IMG/VR virus record: IMGVR_UViG_3300043447_000277
Coordinates: 1 to 41,209 of that record
Source: a virus
Taxonomy: Duplodnaviria; Caudoviricetes
DNA length: 41,209 bases
Reading direction: 5' to 3' (one strand)
The position numbers and the translations under genes are program-made. How positions within the stretch are numbered: position 1 is the first letter of the stretch; each line of letters opens with the position of its first letter. Below are positions 41,083 to 41,209 of this stretch, in pieces. The notes beneath the pieces are model-generated. The model was not told the DNA's origin. It ran no database searches and saw nothing but the letters and a program-made list of their open reading frames with translations.

Positions 41083-41209
41083 CCCCCCCCCTATATCTCG
41101 GGAAATTGGCGGGTGGAAGTGTCCTTTGTGCCCCGTTCACACCTAACCCCTTGGAACTTCGGCGGAAAAGGCGGGGCAGAAAGCCGGATCCGTGTGCCCC
41201 GGATCTGCC
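41083..41209 (+). repeat. 127-bp terminal direct repeat, right copy (probable assembly overlap)
   Basis: Identical to bases 1-127. Confidence 0.92.

Larger units (their letters stand above)
1..41209. mobile_element. Complete circularly permuted myovirus-type (contractile-tailed) bacteriophage genome, probably virulent
   Basis: Full set of packaging, head, contractile tail, baseplate, lysis and replication modules in two converging arms; ends overlap; no host genes, integrase or CI-like repressor recognised. Confidence 0.95.

Noticed and set aside
41083-41209. 127-bp repeat as a biological direct terminal repeat
   Set aside because: Exactly 127 bp and starting at a C homopolymer; best explained as k-mer overlap of a circular contig. 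Real termini need read-based analysis.

Overview
The window is one apparently complete, circularly closed genome (41,082 bp unique; bases 41083-41209 repeat bases 1-127, most likely a k=127 assembler overlap) of a very GC-rich (roughly 70%+ by eye, not computed) tailed dsDNA phage with a contractile tail. The + strand arm (2687-16410) carries replication and nucleotide genes: AEP/D5 primase-helicase, N6-adenine MTase, Cas4-like PD-(D/E)XK nuclease, tRNA-Gln(UUG), SF2 helicase, putative SSB, family-A DNA polymerase, RuvC-like resolvase, dATP/dGTP diphosphohydrolase-like protein and several small unknown ORFs. The - strand arm (40875 down to 16403) carries two ParB-N proteins (one fused to an MTase), TerS/TerL, portal, F-like head protein, DUF2213 protease/scaffold, decoration protein, major capsid, neck, sheath, tube, a frameshifted chaperone, tape measure, baseplate, fibre and a lysis cassette. 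A short leftward early operon lies at 650-2414 and a candidate iteron-type origin spans the junction. I found no integrase, CI-like repressor, ParA or CRISPR, so the phage looks virulent. The most notable oddities are: (i) a D-arm/anticodon-less tRNA-like minihelix upstream of the polymerase; (ii) a caspase-like (His-Gly...Ala-Cys) protein in the endolysin slot; (iii) a 58-aa ORF resembling the N-terminus of the phage's own tail tube; (iv) apparent avoidance of CTCGAG/GAGCTC/CTGCAG-type sites that forces CAA/CTA codons, alongside a C33 tRNA-Gln(UUG); (v) a shared TAGGGGTA motif linking the primase promoter and the candidate origin. All protein calls come from motif recognition and synteny by eye; no database searches were run.
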